Shown here: positions 24,013 through 34,520 of the stretch, in pieces
How positions within the stretch are numbered: position 1 is the stretch's first letter
How the letters are laid out: every line of letters begins with the position of its first letter
Assembly (NCBI RefSeq): GCF_000143415.4
Contig: NW_003314364.1
Coordinates: forward strand, 428,676-492,675
DNA: 64,000 nucleotides
Direction of reading: 5' to 3'
DNA from: Selaginella moellendorffii
Taxonomy: Eukaryota > Plantae > Lycopodiophyta
Notes under the pieces: model-generated
What the model saw: the letters and a program-made list of their open reading frames with translations, nothing else
What the model was told of the DNA's origin: nothing
Database searches by the model: none
Position numbers and translations under genes: made by a program

Positions 24013-26800
24013 TTGGTTAAACGGGTAGAAGGTAGCTACCCAAGCCTTCTTAATGGCATAGGGAAGTTGGATATACCCTTACTAGGGATAAGTTGCTTAT
24101 GTTGCGATATAGTAAGTCAATGTCATAAAAGGAAATACTCATTGTCAAGGAAGCCGTCATTGGAACACCCGAACACTCTAGAACACCAGGAGGTGGTGTT
24201 TGATGTCGCGAGGGCAATGGATAAAGCCCAAGGGACTAAGTCCCTAGCGAATGATGGATAGAAGGTGCTATCCAAATGTCCAAGGTTGCGGAGACAGGAG
24301 AGGACTGTCTACCCAAGTTGGACAAAGCCAAAAATGGAATTTTGGCAAGGCTAGTGATGGGCATGTAAAGGCCCATAAGCCACAATGTAATCCCAGTGTG
24401 TGGGATTATAAGGTGAGCATACCCGGATTGAGGAACCACTCCCTGGGCTATTGGGTAGGTTCATCCCTAAGAATACTTGCTAAGGCATGATAGAAAGTGC
24501 AAAGCTATCCTCCTGATCTGGAGGAGAATGACCGAAGGAAAGGTGTGAAGCCAAAGGCAAGTAGTATTGGGATGGAACTGAACCATAGAAATCGAAGGGC
24601 ATAACCAAGGTTGGTTATGCCAGCTGGGAGTGGAGAATCAAGTGGGGGCTCAAGGGTGTTGCCGCTAGCAACCGTGATGCCATGGAGAGTCTAAGTTATG
24701 GAATTGTCCATGTTAGACTATGTGGCATTTGGAAGGCTTGCAAAAGGGAGGCCTTAGCAAGCTGAGGGACAGAGTTCCTTCAAGGTTCCCAAAGACGATT
24801 CTAGGTAGCTTAGTACCTAGAAAGGCCAAGTGTAAATGGTTCATGGAACGCGCGAAATCAGAGTGGCGCAGCAGAAGCGTGGTCTTGAAGCTTGCCATGA
24901 GGCAAGGCTATCAAGGTTAGGGAAGTAGTTCCCGAGTGTTCAAAGAGAGGGCTTTGAACGAAAGTCGATGGTCAAGGACTTTCACGCTTATGTAGGAACC
25001 ATGTTACAGTGGTCCGAGAACTTGCCAAGCGAGATTGGCACGTCGGGGGAACAAATACCCTAGTTGAAGGTGATAACTTCAAAAAGGGTGGGCCATGGGG
25101 CCGAGCATGGAGGAGTCCATGCATGATCACAGACATGTCAAGTGAGAGGACTTGGCAATGTGGAGGAACTAGGTTCCTAAGCTGTGATCTGTAGCGCGCT
25201 TTAAAAATAAGTTGGTGCACCGGCGTGGGGAGTCACGCCAGGCATCTTGTGTGATGCCGTCCGTAGATGCATATACGGAGGTTGGGTTCGAGTCCCGACC
25301 CTCTAGTGCTTGGGTTCGAGTCCCAAATCACTAGGGCGTGGTGATGGTTTGGAATATGAGGACACTCATATTTCGGTGGTCATGGACTCTCAGTGGGGAG
25401 ACTGGTTTGGGCACACCGCCAAGCGAGGGATGCCTCGGAGTCGTGATGCACGGTTAGATTGCTTAGTGTGAAAGCTCGGCATATCTAACTTGAACGCTTT
25501 GGTGCAAGTGGCACCAAGGACGTGGTGAGTGAGATGGGGACACCTAATCTCAGTTGCTATGGACCCTTGGCCGGAAGGGCTGGCTTGGGCGCACCGCCAA
25601 GTGTGGGGGATGCCCCCAGGGTCGTAGTTAACAAGTTAAAGGTCTGGAAGACCTAGTACCTATTGGCAAACCTGTTAAGGTGCCGAGGTGAGATCACTAG
25701 GTGATCTTGTGGCTAAATAAGGACAAGGTCCTTGTTTGGGTTAAGGAATAAGGTTTCTAGTTCAAAGTGTTGATTTGAACTATTGAGGATGGTGTGGCTT
25801 GGTCGTGATGACCAAGTGGGAAGAGCACCTAAGGGAAATAAACTATGTCCGTGCGATGGCATAGTGAGTCCGAGGAAAGTAGTCTCTATAAAAGACCCAT
25901 GGGAGGGTCACGAAGTTGGGCCGTGGATAGAGCCCATAGCAGAAGATGCTAAAGAGACGTACTAGGGGTGAACATCCTCTGGACTTGGCAAAGAAGAGTC
26001 TTTGCTATGGAACCGAAACAATACCTCAAGGAGGGAGGTAGAGATTTGGTGTTGCTTGGTGCAACAATCAACGGATAGGAGCAAAAGATGAGTGGCCAAG
26101 ATAGGGCCGTGGAATCCCTTGGAAGGAATCCAAGTGACAAAGTTAGGCGAGGAACACTAATGTGTTGGACGCTAACAAGTTGCGGGAAAGGAAGTGTGTT
26201 TCCAAGGAGGGATTCCGAAATGCTTCGATTTGGCGAAAGTGGAAGCTCCAAGGGAGGGAGCGGTAAGGTAGCCAAATGATAGGGCCATGAACAGCCCTAG
26301 CACAAAGTATGATAACTGGAACTTTGGCACGAAATAGAAGAGAGGATGATGGTGCCCTCGAGTAGAGAACTTCCTAGGATGGGAAGTGGAGTTGCACAAA
26401 AGGTGCAAGGCAAGGTGTTGGAGACACCTAGGGAATTGACTCCAAGAAGTCAAAATTCAAAGTTCCAAAGTGCAAAGGTTATATCGATGGAAATTGAGAC
26501 TACTCTAGAAGGAGTAGTGGGATTGATTTAGAGAAGGGTCTCTAAGAGGTTTAGCAGGAACTAAACCAATAAAAAGAGAGAACCACTACATGTGGTCCAA
26601 TCAGTCTCTAAGTTGGAGAGACTACCCTCCTTAGAGGATGGGCAAGGCATGGTGAGCCTTTGGTGTCAAACCATTGAAGAATATGCAAAAGGCATGGTGA
26701 GCCTTCAATGTCAAACCCTTGACAAGTATTGGCTAGGTGCCAAGGATGGAAATGGTAACACGTGCGGGTGTTACTTTATAAAATGGTTTACCGTTCGATG
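24013..26800 (+). pseudogene. Highly decayed Ty3/gypsy pol relic (RT, RNase H, integrase, chromodomain order)
   Basis: Fragmentary motifs in gypsy order: YPSLLNGIGKLD (24037-24072) and KWNFGKASDGHV..NPSVWDY..LRN..LGYW (from 24332; cf. RT KCEFGKESVEYLGHV..DPS..VLDW..LRSFLGLAGYY); GIVH and WHLEG (24700-24737, RNase H); KWEEHL (25814-25831, integrase); HVVQSVSKL and YFIKW (26589-26786, integrase C-terminus / chromodomain). Recognised by eye only. Confidence 0.55.
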
Positions 26801-26819
26801 AGGACATCGAACTTCGTCT

Positions 26820-26832
26820 ATGGGTGGTGGAG
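26820..26832 (+). other. Polypurine tract
   Basis: ATGGGTGGTGGAG immediately before the 3' LTR; the same motif precedes the 9368 and 16889 LTRs. Confidence 0.8.
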
Positions 26833-27467
26833 TTGTGAGACACAAAATCCCTAGGCCCCAAAGTGGAGCCGGAAAGGGTGCCACGTGGTAGTGGCTGAAG
26901 CGAGAGCCAAACGAGCGTAACACGTTTGGACCAAAAGCTCCGACTTGAAAAGTCAAGAGCGGGAGTGGAACTCCCAACGAAGTGCTCGAGGAACGAGCAC
27001 GAAGCGAGCAAAAAGCGAGGCTCCAAAAAGGGACCCAAAAGGACCAACACATGACACGTGGAAGTGTCCGAGATGGACTCGAGTTGGAGTCCGAAGTGGA
27101 GTCCGAGATGGACTCGAGTTGGAGTCCAAAGTGGAGTCCGAGATGGACCCGAGTTGGAGTCCAAAGTGGAGTCCGAGATGGACCCGAGTTGAAGTCCGAA
27201 GTGGAGTCCGAGATGGACCCGAGTTGGAGTCCGAAGTGGAGTCCGAGATGGACCCGAGATGGAGTCCGAGAAGGAGTCCGAAGTGGAGTCCGAGGTGGAC
27301 CCGAGATGGACCCGAGTTGGAGTCCGAAGTGGAGTCCGAGATGGACCCGAGATGGAGTCCGAGATGGAGTCCGAGATGGACCCGAGATGGACCCGAGATG
27401 GAGTCCGGGATGGAGTCCGAGATGGAGTCCGAGATGGAGTCCAAGATGGAGTCGAGACCGAGACCGG

Positions 27468-27499
<32 letters not shown>

Positions 27500-30400
27500 T
27501 CGGGACCGAGACCGAGACCGAGGCCGAGGCCGAGACCGAGCCCGAGCCCGAGCCCGAGCCCGAGTCCGAGTCCGAGTCCGAGTCCGAGTCCGAGTCCGAG
27601 TCTGGAGCCTGAGAGGGTGAAAGCCCAAAGCGTTCGTCTCCCAGACCCTGGGGGGTTTGGTGAGCTCCAAAAGTATAGTAGGGGGAGGACTGCAGTGGAG
27701 CCAGTTTGGCCAGGAAAGGCCAGTTTGGCCCAGGAAGGCCGGACCCAGTGTTGGGTGATGAGCTGCCCACTGGGAAGTCCAAGACTAGAGTGAACACAGA
27801 CCGACAAGCGGGGTAGCTTGGTGAAGTGTTCAAGAGCCGGCTCTAGTTCCCCCGGGAGATCGACTGGCCGATGCTCCCAGTCCAAGTGTGGGTGGCACTA
27901 CCTACTTGGATACCAGGCGTGGCTCAACGGAACCTCGCTCTAAGCCCATGGCTAGAGCACCTAAAGGCGAAAGGTGGGGAGAGTACCCAGGTGGCTCGCG
28001 TAAGGCCACGGTGTTCCGAAATGGTGTCCCAAAGTCCCAGACTGTGGAAAGGAAGAGGGGTAGCCCTCTGGTGGGGTGACCAAGGACACAGTCACACAGT
28101 GAGGAAGTCCTCGAGGATAGTGGGACTTAGTGGTCGAGCCAGTGGGCCTTGACCCAGTGGCAGTGTTGGCGAACACAGCCAAGGACAGAAAGGGACTTGG
28201 TGGGGACCGGAACAGAGATATTGGGGAAGGCTATTCCCCATGTCTGTAGGCATCCTAAGGATGTTAAGGAGTGGATCTGGGATGATCCCTCATGGACGAA
28301 TGACCTAGTCTTTGAGAGACGGGATTGGAATGCAGGTGGTGTTGGACCACCAGTGTGACCAAGGTAATTGGGCATGGCCTTAGCGTAACGGGCCGATACG
28401 TCGGTGGTACCTTGGGGTGTCGATCATGGGATCGGACACGTGGAGCACTTGGACCAAGTGCTAAGGTTGAGTGGCATGGATGCCATTCTCGGGGCTAGCA
28501 AGCCCCAAGTCCTGAGTTGGACTTATGGAGGTTGTGAATGAGACTCCTCCAAGTGGACGGAGGTGTGGTTAAGTGACTAAAGTAGAATGGAAAAATTAGT
28601 CGCTTACACAGACTAGGAGGATAGCTTTGCACATTTTACTATGCCTTAGCAAGTATTCTTAGGGATGAACCTACCCGATAGCCTAGGGAGTGGTTCCTCA
28701 ATCTTGGGCATGCTCACTTTATAATCCCACACATTGGGATTAACATTACTGCTTATGGGCCTCTACATGCCCATCACTAGCCTTGCCAAAATTCTTTTTT
28801 TTTATTGGCTTTGTCCAATTCGGGTAGACAGTCTTCTCCTGTCTCCACAACCTTGCACATTTGGATAGCACCTACTATCCATCATTTGCTAGGGACTTAG
28901 TCCCTTGGGCCTTATTTATTGCCCTTGCGACATGAAACACCACCTCCTGGTGTTCTAGAGTGTTTGGGTGTCCCAATGATAGCCTCCTGACAATGAGCAT
29001 TCCCGTTTATGACATTGACTTACTATATCGCAACATAAGCAATTTATCCCCCGTAAGGGTATATCTAACTTCCTTATGCCATTAAGAAGTCTTGGATAGC
29101 TACCTTCTACCCATTTAGCCAATTATCTTGCACTTCTTGCTTAGTTGCCCCATAGTTGTCAAGTCCTACGACTCATTGCTTGGTGCTTCCACACCTCCAT
29201 TGTTATCTAGGTCACCACACTCTAACCACATGCCTTCCAGCTTAGGCCATGCCATTCCCGCTTCCATTGGGATTCCCTTGGCAAGGGGTTCTTATGCACC
29301 CACCATCCTAACCTCAAGGTATCACACCTTGGCACATTTGGTGTTTCCACACCATCGGCCCCACGAGCCTACCCTTACGACACGACTTATTAGTGTCTAG
29401 GTCTTTGCCAAGACCAATATAGTTGTTCCTCATGCTAACTATCCGTTAGCACCGCACCATAGTGTTTGCACCCAACTCTGGGCCAAAGTTGCTTTCTTCT
29501 GGGAACATCTTTCCCACAACTTTAGTATGGCACATTCTGCCATCAATGACTAAATTTTCCATTCTTCTTTAGTCACTTAACCACACCTCCAACCACTTGG
29601 AGGAGTCTCACTCACAACCTCCATAAGTCTTATTTCAGACTTGGGCTTGCTAGCCCCAAGAATGGCATCCCCGCCACTCAACCTTTGCACTTGATCCAAG
29701 TGCTCCACGTGTCCGATCCCATGACCGACACCCCAAGGTACCACCGACATATCAGCCCGTTATGCTAAGGCCATGCCCATTTACCTTGGTCACACCGGTG
29801 GTCTAACACCACCTGCATCGCAGTCCCATCTCTCAAGGACTGGGCCATCCGTCCATGAGTGATCCTTCCAGATACACTCCTTAGCATGCTTAGGATGCCC
29901 ACAGACATGGGGAATAGCCTTCCCCAATATCTCTTTTCCGGTCTTCACCAAGTCCCTTTCTGCCCATGGCCGTGTTCGCCAACACTGCCACTGGATCGAG
30001 GCCCACAGCCCGACCACTAAGTCCCACGGTCTTCTGGGACTTCCTCACCACTCGACTGTATCCTTGGTCACTACCCCAGAGGACTACTCCTCTTCCTTTC
30101 CACAGTCTGGGCGTTTGGGACAACATTTCGGAACACCGTGGCCCTACGCGGGCCTCATAGGTACTCTCCCTGCCTTCTGCCTTTGGGTGCTTTAGCCATG
30201 GGCTTAGAGCGAGGTTCCATTGAGCCACACCAAGTATCCAAGTAGGTAGTGCCACCCACACTTGGATTAGGAGCCTTGAACACTTCACCAAGCTACCCCG
30301 CTTGTCAGTCCGTATTCACTCTAGTCTTGGACTTCCCAATGGTCAGTTCATCACCCAACACTGGGTATGGCCTTCTTGGGCCAAACTGGCCTTTCCTGGG

Positions 30401-31114
30401 CCAAATTGGCCCTTCCTGGCCAAACTGGCTCCACTGGGCTCCAACCCCCACACTCTCCCTATTATACTTTTAGAACCCCCCGCAACCCCCCCCCCCTGGG
30501 GGACGATCATTTTGGGCTTTCACCCAACTGCCTGTATTAGTATTCGGACTCGGACTCGGGCTCGAACTCGGACTCGGACTCGGTTTGGGTCCCGGTTTCA
30601 GACTCGGACTCGGTCTCGGTCTCGGTTTCATCTCGGACTCCATCTCGGGTCCCTCTCGGACTCCATCTCGGACTCCATCTCAGGTCCATCTCAGACTCCA
30701 TCTCAGGTCCATCTCGTACTCCATCTCGGGTCCATCTCGGACTCCATCTCGGACTCCATCTCGGGTCCATCTCGGGTCCATCTTGGGTCCATCTCGGACT
30801 CCATCTCGGATCCATCTCGGACTCCGTCTCGAACTCCATCTCGGACTCCACTTCGGACCCCAACTCGGGTCCATCTCGGACACTTCCACGTGTCATGTGT
30901 TGGTCCTTTTTGGGTCCCTTTTTGGAGCCTTGCTTATTGCTCGCTTTGTGCTCGTTCCTCGAGCACTTCGTTAGGAGTTCCACTCCCACTCTCGACCTTT
31001 TCAAGTCGGAGCTTTTTAGTCCAAACATGTTACGCTCGTTTGGTTTTTGCTTTAGCCACTACCACGTGGCACCCTTTCGGCTCCCCTTTAGGGCTTAGGG
31101 ATTTGTGTCTCACA

Positions 31115-31249
31115 CATAAGTGCCATTCATGGGACTAACAAATTCCTAAGTTTGGAATAAAACTTATAGAGGTTGTGATTGAGGCTCTTCCAAGTGGTCA
31201 AATGTATGGTTAAGTAACTAAAGTAAAATGGAAAATTTAGTCACTTACA
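31115..31249 (+). mobile_element. AT-decayed 3' tip of a family A LTR
   Basis: Ends GGAAAATTTAGTCACTTACA; colinear with 22604-22736. Confidence 0.85.
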
Positions 31250-31254
31250 ATTAA

Positions 31255-31446
31255 TGTAAACTTTTGAATTTAGACTTCCCAGAAGGTCACCCAACCCAGT
31301 ACTATTCAAATCTAATGATATTTAACCCCACATATCCCATGACCCTTAACCGATTGGAAAAAGGGGTGCATTTTTATTCATTGGCTCTTTCCTTATATTT
31401 AAACCTTATAAATCGTCTTTCAAATCATTTTCTTTAATTGCTTACA
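31255..31446 (-). mobile_element. Cassandra-type solo LTR with 5S core
   Basis: Reverse complement of the 8207/8605 LTRs, TG..CA; GACTTCCCAGAAGGTCACCCAACCCAGTACTA is the reverse complement of the 5S intermediate element / box C region. Confidence 0.85.
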
Positions 31447-32910
31447 TTTGCTTCCTGGTAGCCTATTCCAAATTTCAAACTGGTTATAACTTTCACAAAA
31501 GGTATAGCAACAGTAAATTAGTGGTAGTTATTAAAACTATTGTCAGATAGATGCTAATACACTGGAGTGGGGAGATTGGGGATATTAATGTGGTGCAACT
31601 GCTTCTTGACAGCCCATTCCAGCTTCAAACTGGTTATAACTTTCACAAAAGATGTAGCAAATCAGCACCTTAAGGTAAACACATGCATAAGACATTGGAG
31701 CAAGCAAGAGGACGAGACTTGTTGAAAACTTCAATAAGCCCACCTTTTGTAGTCCAGTCCCACATACTACTGGATGCATTTCAGCAAGTCTACGTCATTA
31801 TTGTATTCGCCAATAATTTGCCTCTACACATGGAGCTATGAACAAAGGATAAAGACAAATCTTGAACCCATATTCCAATGTGTAAAGTATTCTTACAAAC
31901 TAAGCAAATCCATTATACCCTAGATAATTCACTCAATGTTTGAAGCGTACTGCTAGATGTAGTAATAGTAATAGCAGCCATGGCCCAAAATGTTTGGCCA
32001 TCAAAGAAATGTATCCTGCACTTTGGCCACCAAAAATGCAGCATCGACAACACACAGTCTTTTCCACAACTTTAACAATATTGTATGAAATGATTTTAAT
32101 TGCAATACACTTTGTATTTTTGACTTCAACCATATATCCATGACCTAATTGGACACCTTAACTAGATTGTTACCCGATTTAGTGTTAGTTTGTAGTGTGA
32201 TAAGAAAATCCATCTTTCTCTCTTTTTTTTTACAACCAATTTGAACACTCTCATATCATATCGTTTTGCTGGAGCAATATATAGCACTTTTCACTTTCAC
32301 AGCTCTAGTAAATTCTTGAGCAACAATGTAGATTACTTCTGAGAAGATTGATATGCCACTAAGGTTTAATAGCATGTAATTCAAGTTCTATAGCTTAATC
32401 ATCCATGTAAGACTTTGGACTGAAATAATATTTTAAGTATATTCTTAAACCAAAAAGAAATTCAACCAGCCTCCACTCGAAGGTCAGAAAGATCACTCAA
32501 TTAGACAAGTTCAGCTTTAAGGAATCCGGAAGATTCAGTTGGTATCCTGCTCAGGTGGTCTTGGAGGTCCTGCTGGACTAGTTGATTTCTTCATGGCTCC
32601 TCCACGGCTTTAGCACCGCTCCAGAGGCTGACCACGCCCGGCAACGGCACAAGATGCACGGCGTGGTGCCACAGGTTACAACAAACGCCACGCTCGTCGA
32701 CTTTTACGAGTTTGCATGCAGCGCATGAGCATGCACAAGGTCGACTCAACTCGACGCCTTGGCTGTCGGCTGAGGCAGCAACGGTACCCCTAAGTCTAGA
32801 TCCACTATCCAGGCAACCCCGGAGAGACTTCACTCGGGAACCTTTAAAACAGAGTGACAGGCAACAGACAATTATTCTCTCCGTTTCTATTCATCTGCTA
32901 CACACAGTTC

Positions 32911-34447
32911 TTACCGGATCCGGTCTTGTATGTCTGCAAGAAGGCTCGACGCAAACGAGCTGAGCTTCTTCCCAGTCTGGCCAGCCATTTGTTTCAACGC
33001 GGACATGTCCTGAGAGGCCTGAAAAAATCACCCAGGTCACTTATATATATAAATATACACAACCAAGCCTCTCTCACGCACCTGCATTGATAATCTTGTC
33101 ACGAGTTCCGATGCGGTCAGATCTGCGGACGATGCAACGGAGTTGCCTTCGTTTCGGTCGAAGAAGTCGGCACTTGATATGGAGGACGAGTTCTGCAAGC
33201 CAGTGTTCAAGGGATAACTAGTCCGCGTCAAAAACGAGCTTACCGCGAATTTTTGCAGGCGCACGTTGTTATCTACATCCGCAACCTTGCTGGGATCGTT
33301 GAAAAACTGCGCAGAGGATATAGACTTGGCATTTGAAAACTTTCGTTGAGCCTCGTCACTTTCTTCAACCTGTAAACGAGGAGTGTGATAAGAACTATCT
33401 ACTATGGCGCTGCTACTCAGATCGGTACCTGGGTCTTAGATCGACTGGAACGGGAGGAACTCTTCGCCTCGGAACTAAAGTCGGAGAAAAAGTCGGTTTT
33501 ACTGGACGGTGCCACCACGTGCCCGGAGTTTGTAGACACCGCAGGTGGATCGTCATCGTCGGCATAGACGAAACGAGATCTAGGAGCAGGAGCAGCTTGC
33601 ACAACCGCGGGAGAAGGCGCCGTCCCCGCTGCTGCTGCTGTCTCTGTCTCTGCCGGCTTCTGATCATACAGGTTGTCACTAGTCTGCAGTCAAGAAGTAG
33701 AGTTTTCAGTATACGAGCGAGCGGCCAAGGGAAGTTGAAAAACATAACCTTGGTGGTGAGCTTCTTCACACCCAGGCCTCCACCCGACTTTCCACCTCCA
33801 ATCTTTCTCATGCCAACAGCGGAGGACTTTTTGGGCAGGGCGACAGCAGGAGTGACAACAGGTGGTAGCAGCGCCGCATCGTTGTCGACGTGCTCGTCGT
33901 CAAAGTGCGGTGAGGCAGGCCCGAGCTTGGGGCTCGCAACTGTGTCAAGTTTGGCGGAATCCTTGGCGAGAACTTGCCTGTAAAGCTCGGCCGCTCTGGA
34001 CGTATACTTGGACTCGATCTTGCCACCGTCAGTCCAGCCGTGCTGCTTGAAAAAGGCATGCGCACGACCATTCCCACCAACAAGCATCAGCTTGAGCTGA
34101 TCTTGCGTCCACGAGTCGAGATTGGTGGACCTGTGAAGAGCCATTCTCATTCGTCACAAGAATCGAGACCAAGTCACTCTCTCACTCGATCGCTCACCTC
34201 ACGAAGCTTATGTGAACGCCCAGGCTGCGGTGGAGAGCCGAGCAGTCGAGGCAGATGAAGACTCCATAGGGGATTGATGCCCAGGTTGGGTTCTTCGTGG
34301 AGCAATCGAAGCACACCTGCATTAAAACAAAGGAAACAAAGCTAAGCTAGGGGTATGGCGCTCTTAGTACCTTGTTGTCCGCCTTGGCCTTGAGCCGCCT
34401 GAACACGGCGTCTCTCTCCCAGTGCTCGTCCCCCTCCGGCAGCCATG
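32911..34447 (-). CDS. ADP-ribosylation factor GAP, ArfGAP2/3 (Glo3) type, AGD8/9/10-like; 7 exons; start codon problematic
   Basis: [13 protein letters not shown]|[40 protein letters not shown]|STNLDSW zinc finger; Glo3 motif [14 protein letters not shown]; ends IQDRIR* (TAA 32911-32913); GT-AG introns. Confidence 0.9.
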
Positions 34448-34520
34448 AGCCTAGATCTAGGTCTCCTCCTCCCTTCCTGGTTACCCTAAATAAGGGCCAA
34501 GGGTTTATCGATCCGGGAAA

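Larger units (their letters stand above)
20956..28608 (+). mobile_element. Complete, young non-autonomous LTR retrotransposon (LARD-like, Ty3/gypsy-derived), 7653 bp
   Basis: 5' LTR 20956-22736 (1781 bp) and 3' LTR 26834-28608 (1775 bp) are nearly identical; perfect TSD CAGAC (20951-20955 and 28609-28613); PBS and PPT present; no internal ORF over ~110 aa. Confidence 0.95.
15211..31114 (-). mobile_element. Minus-strand family A element hosting two insertions: 3' LTR 15211-16889; internal 16890-17424, 19212-20955 and 28609-29546; truncated LTR 29547-31114
   Basis: PPT reverse complement (ACTCCACCACCCATA) at 16890; internal pieces join across the TSDs. PBS and the first ~0.85 kb of the internal domain are missing at a TGA microhomology. 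Outer flanks AGCAA/CATAA are not a TSD, so it is probably chimeric. Confidence 0.75.

Noticed and set aside
11133-31138. Many 200-385 aa ORFs (GLGLGL, SISDSIS, WSPRW, RPRPRP)
   Set aside because: They are stop-free translations of the LTR minisatellite in several frames on both strands, with no consistent protein across copies.
31447-32860. Possible gene fragments in the spacer
   Set aside because: Short ORFs with stops and no recognisable motif; cannot be supported without a search.
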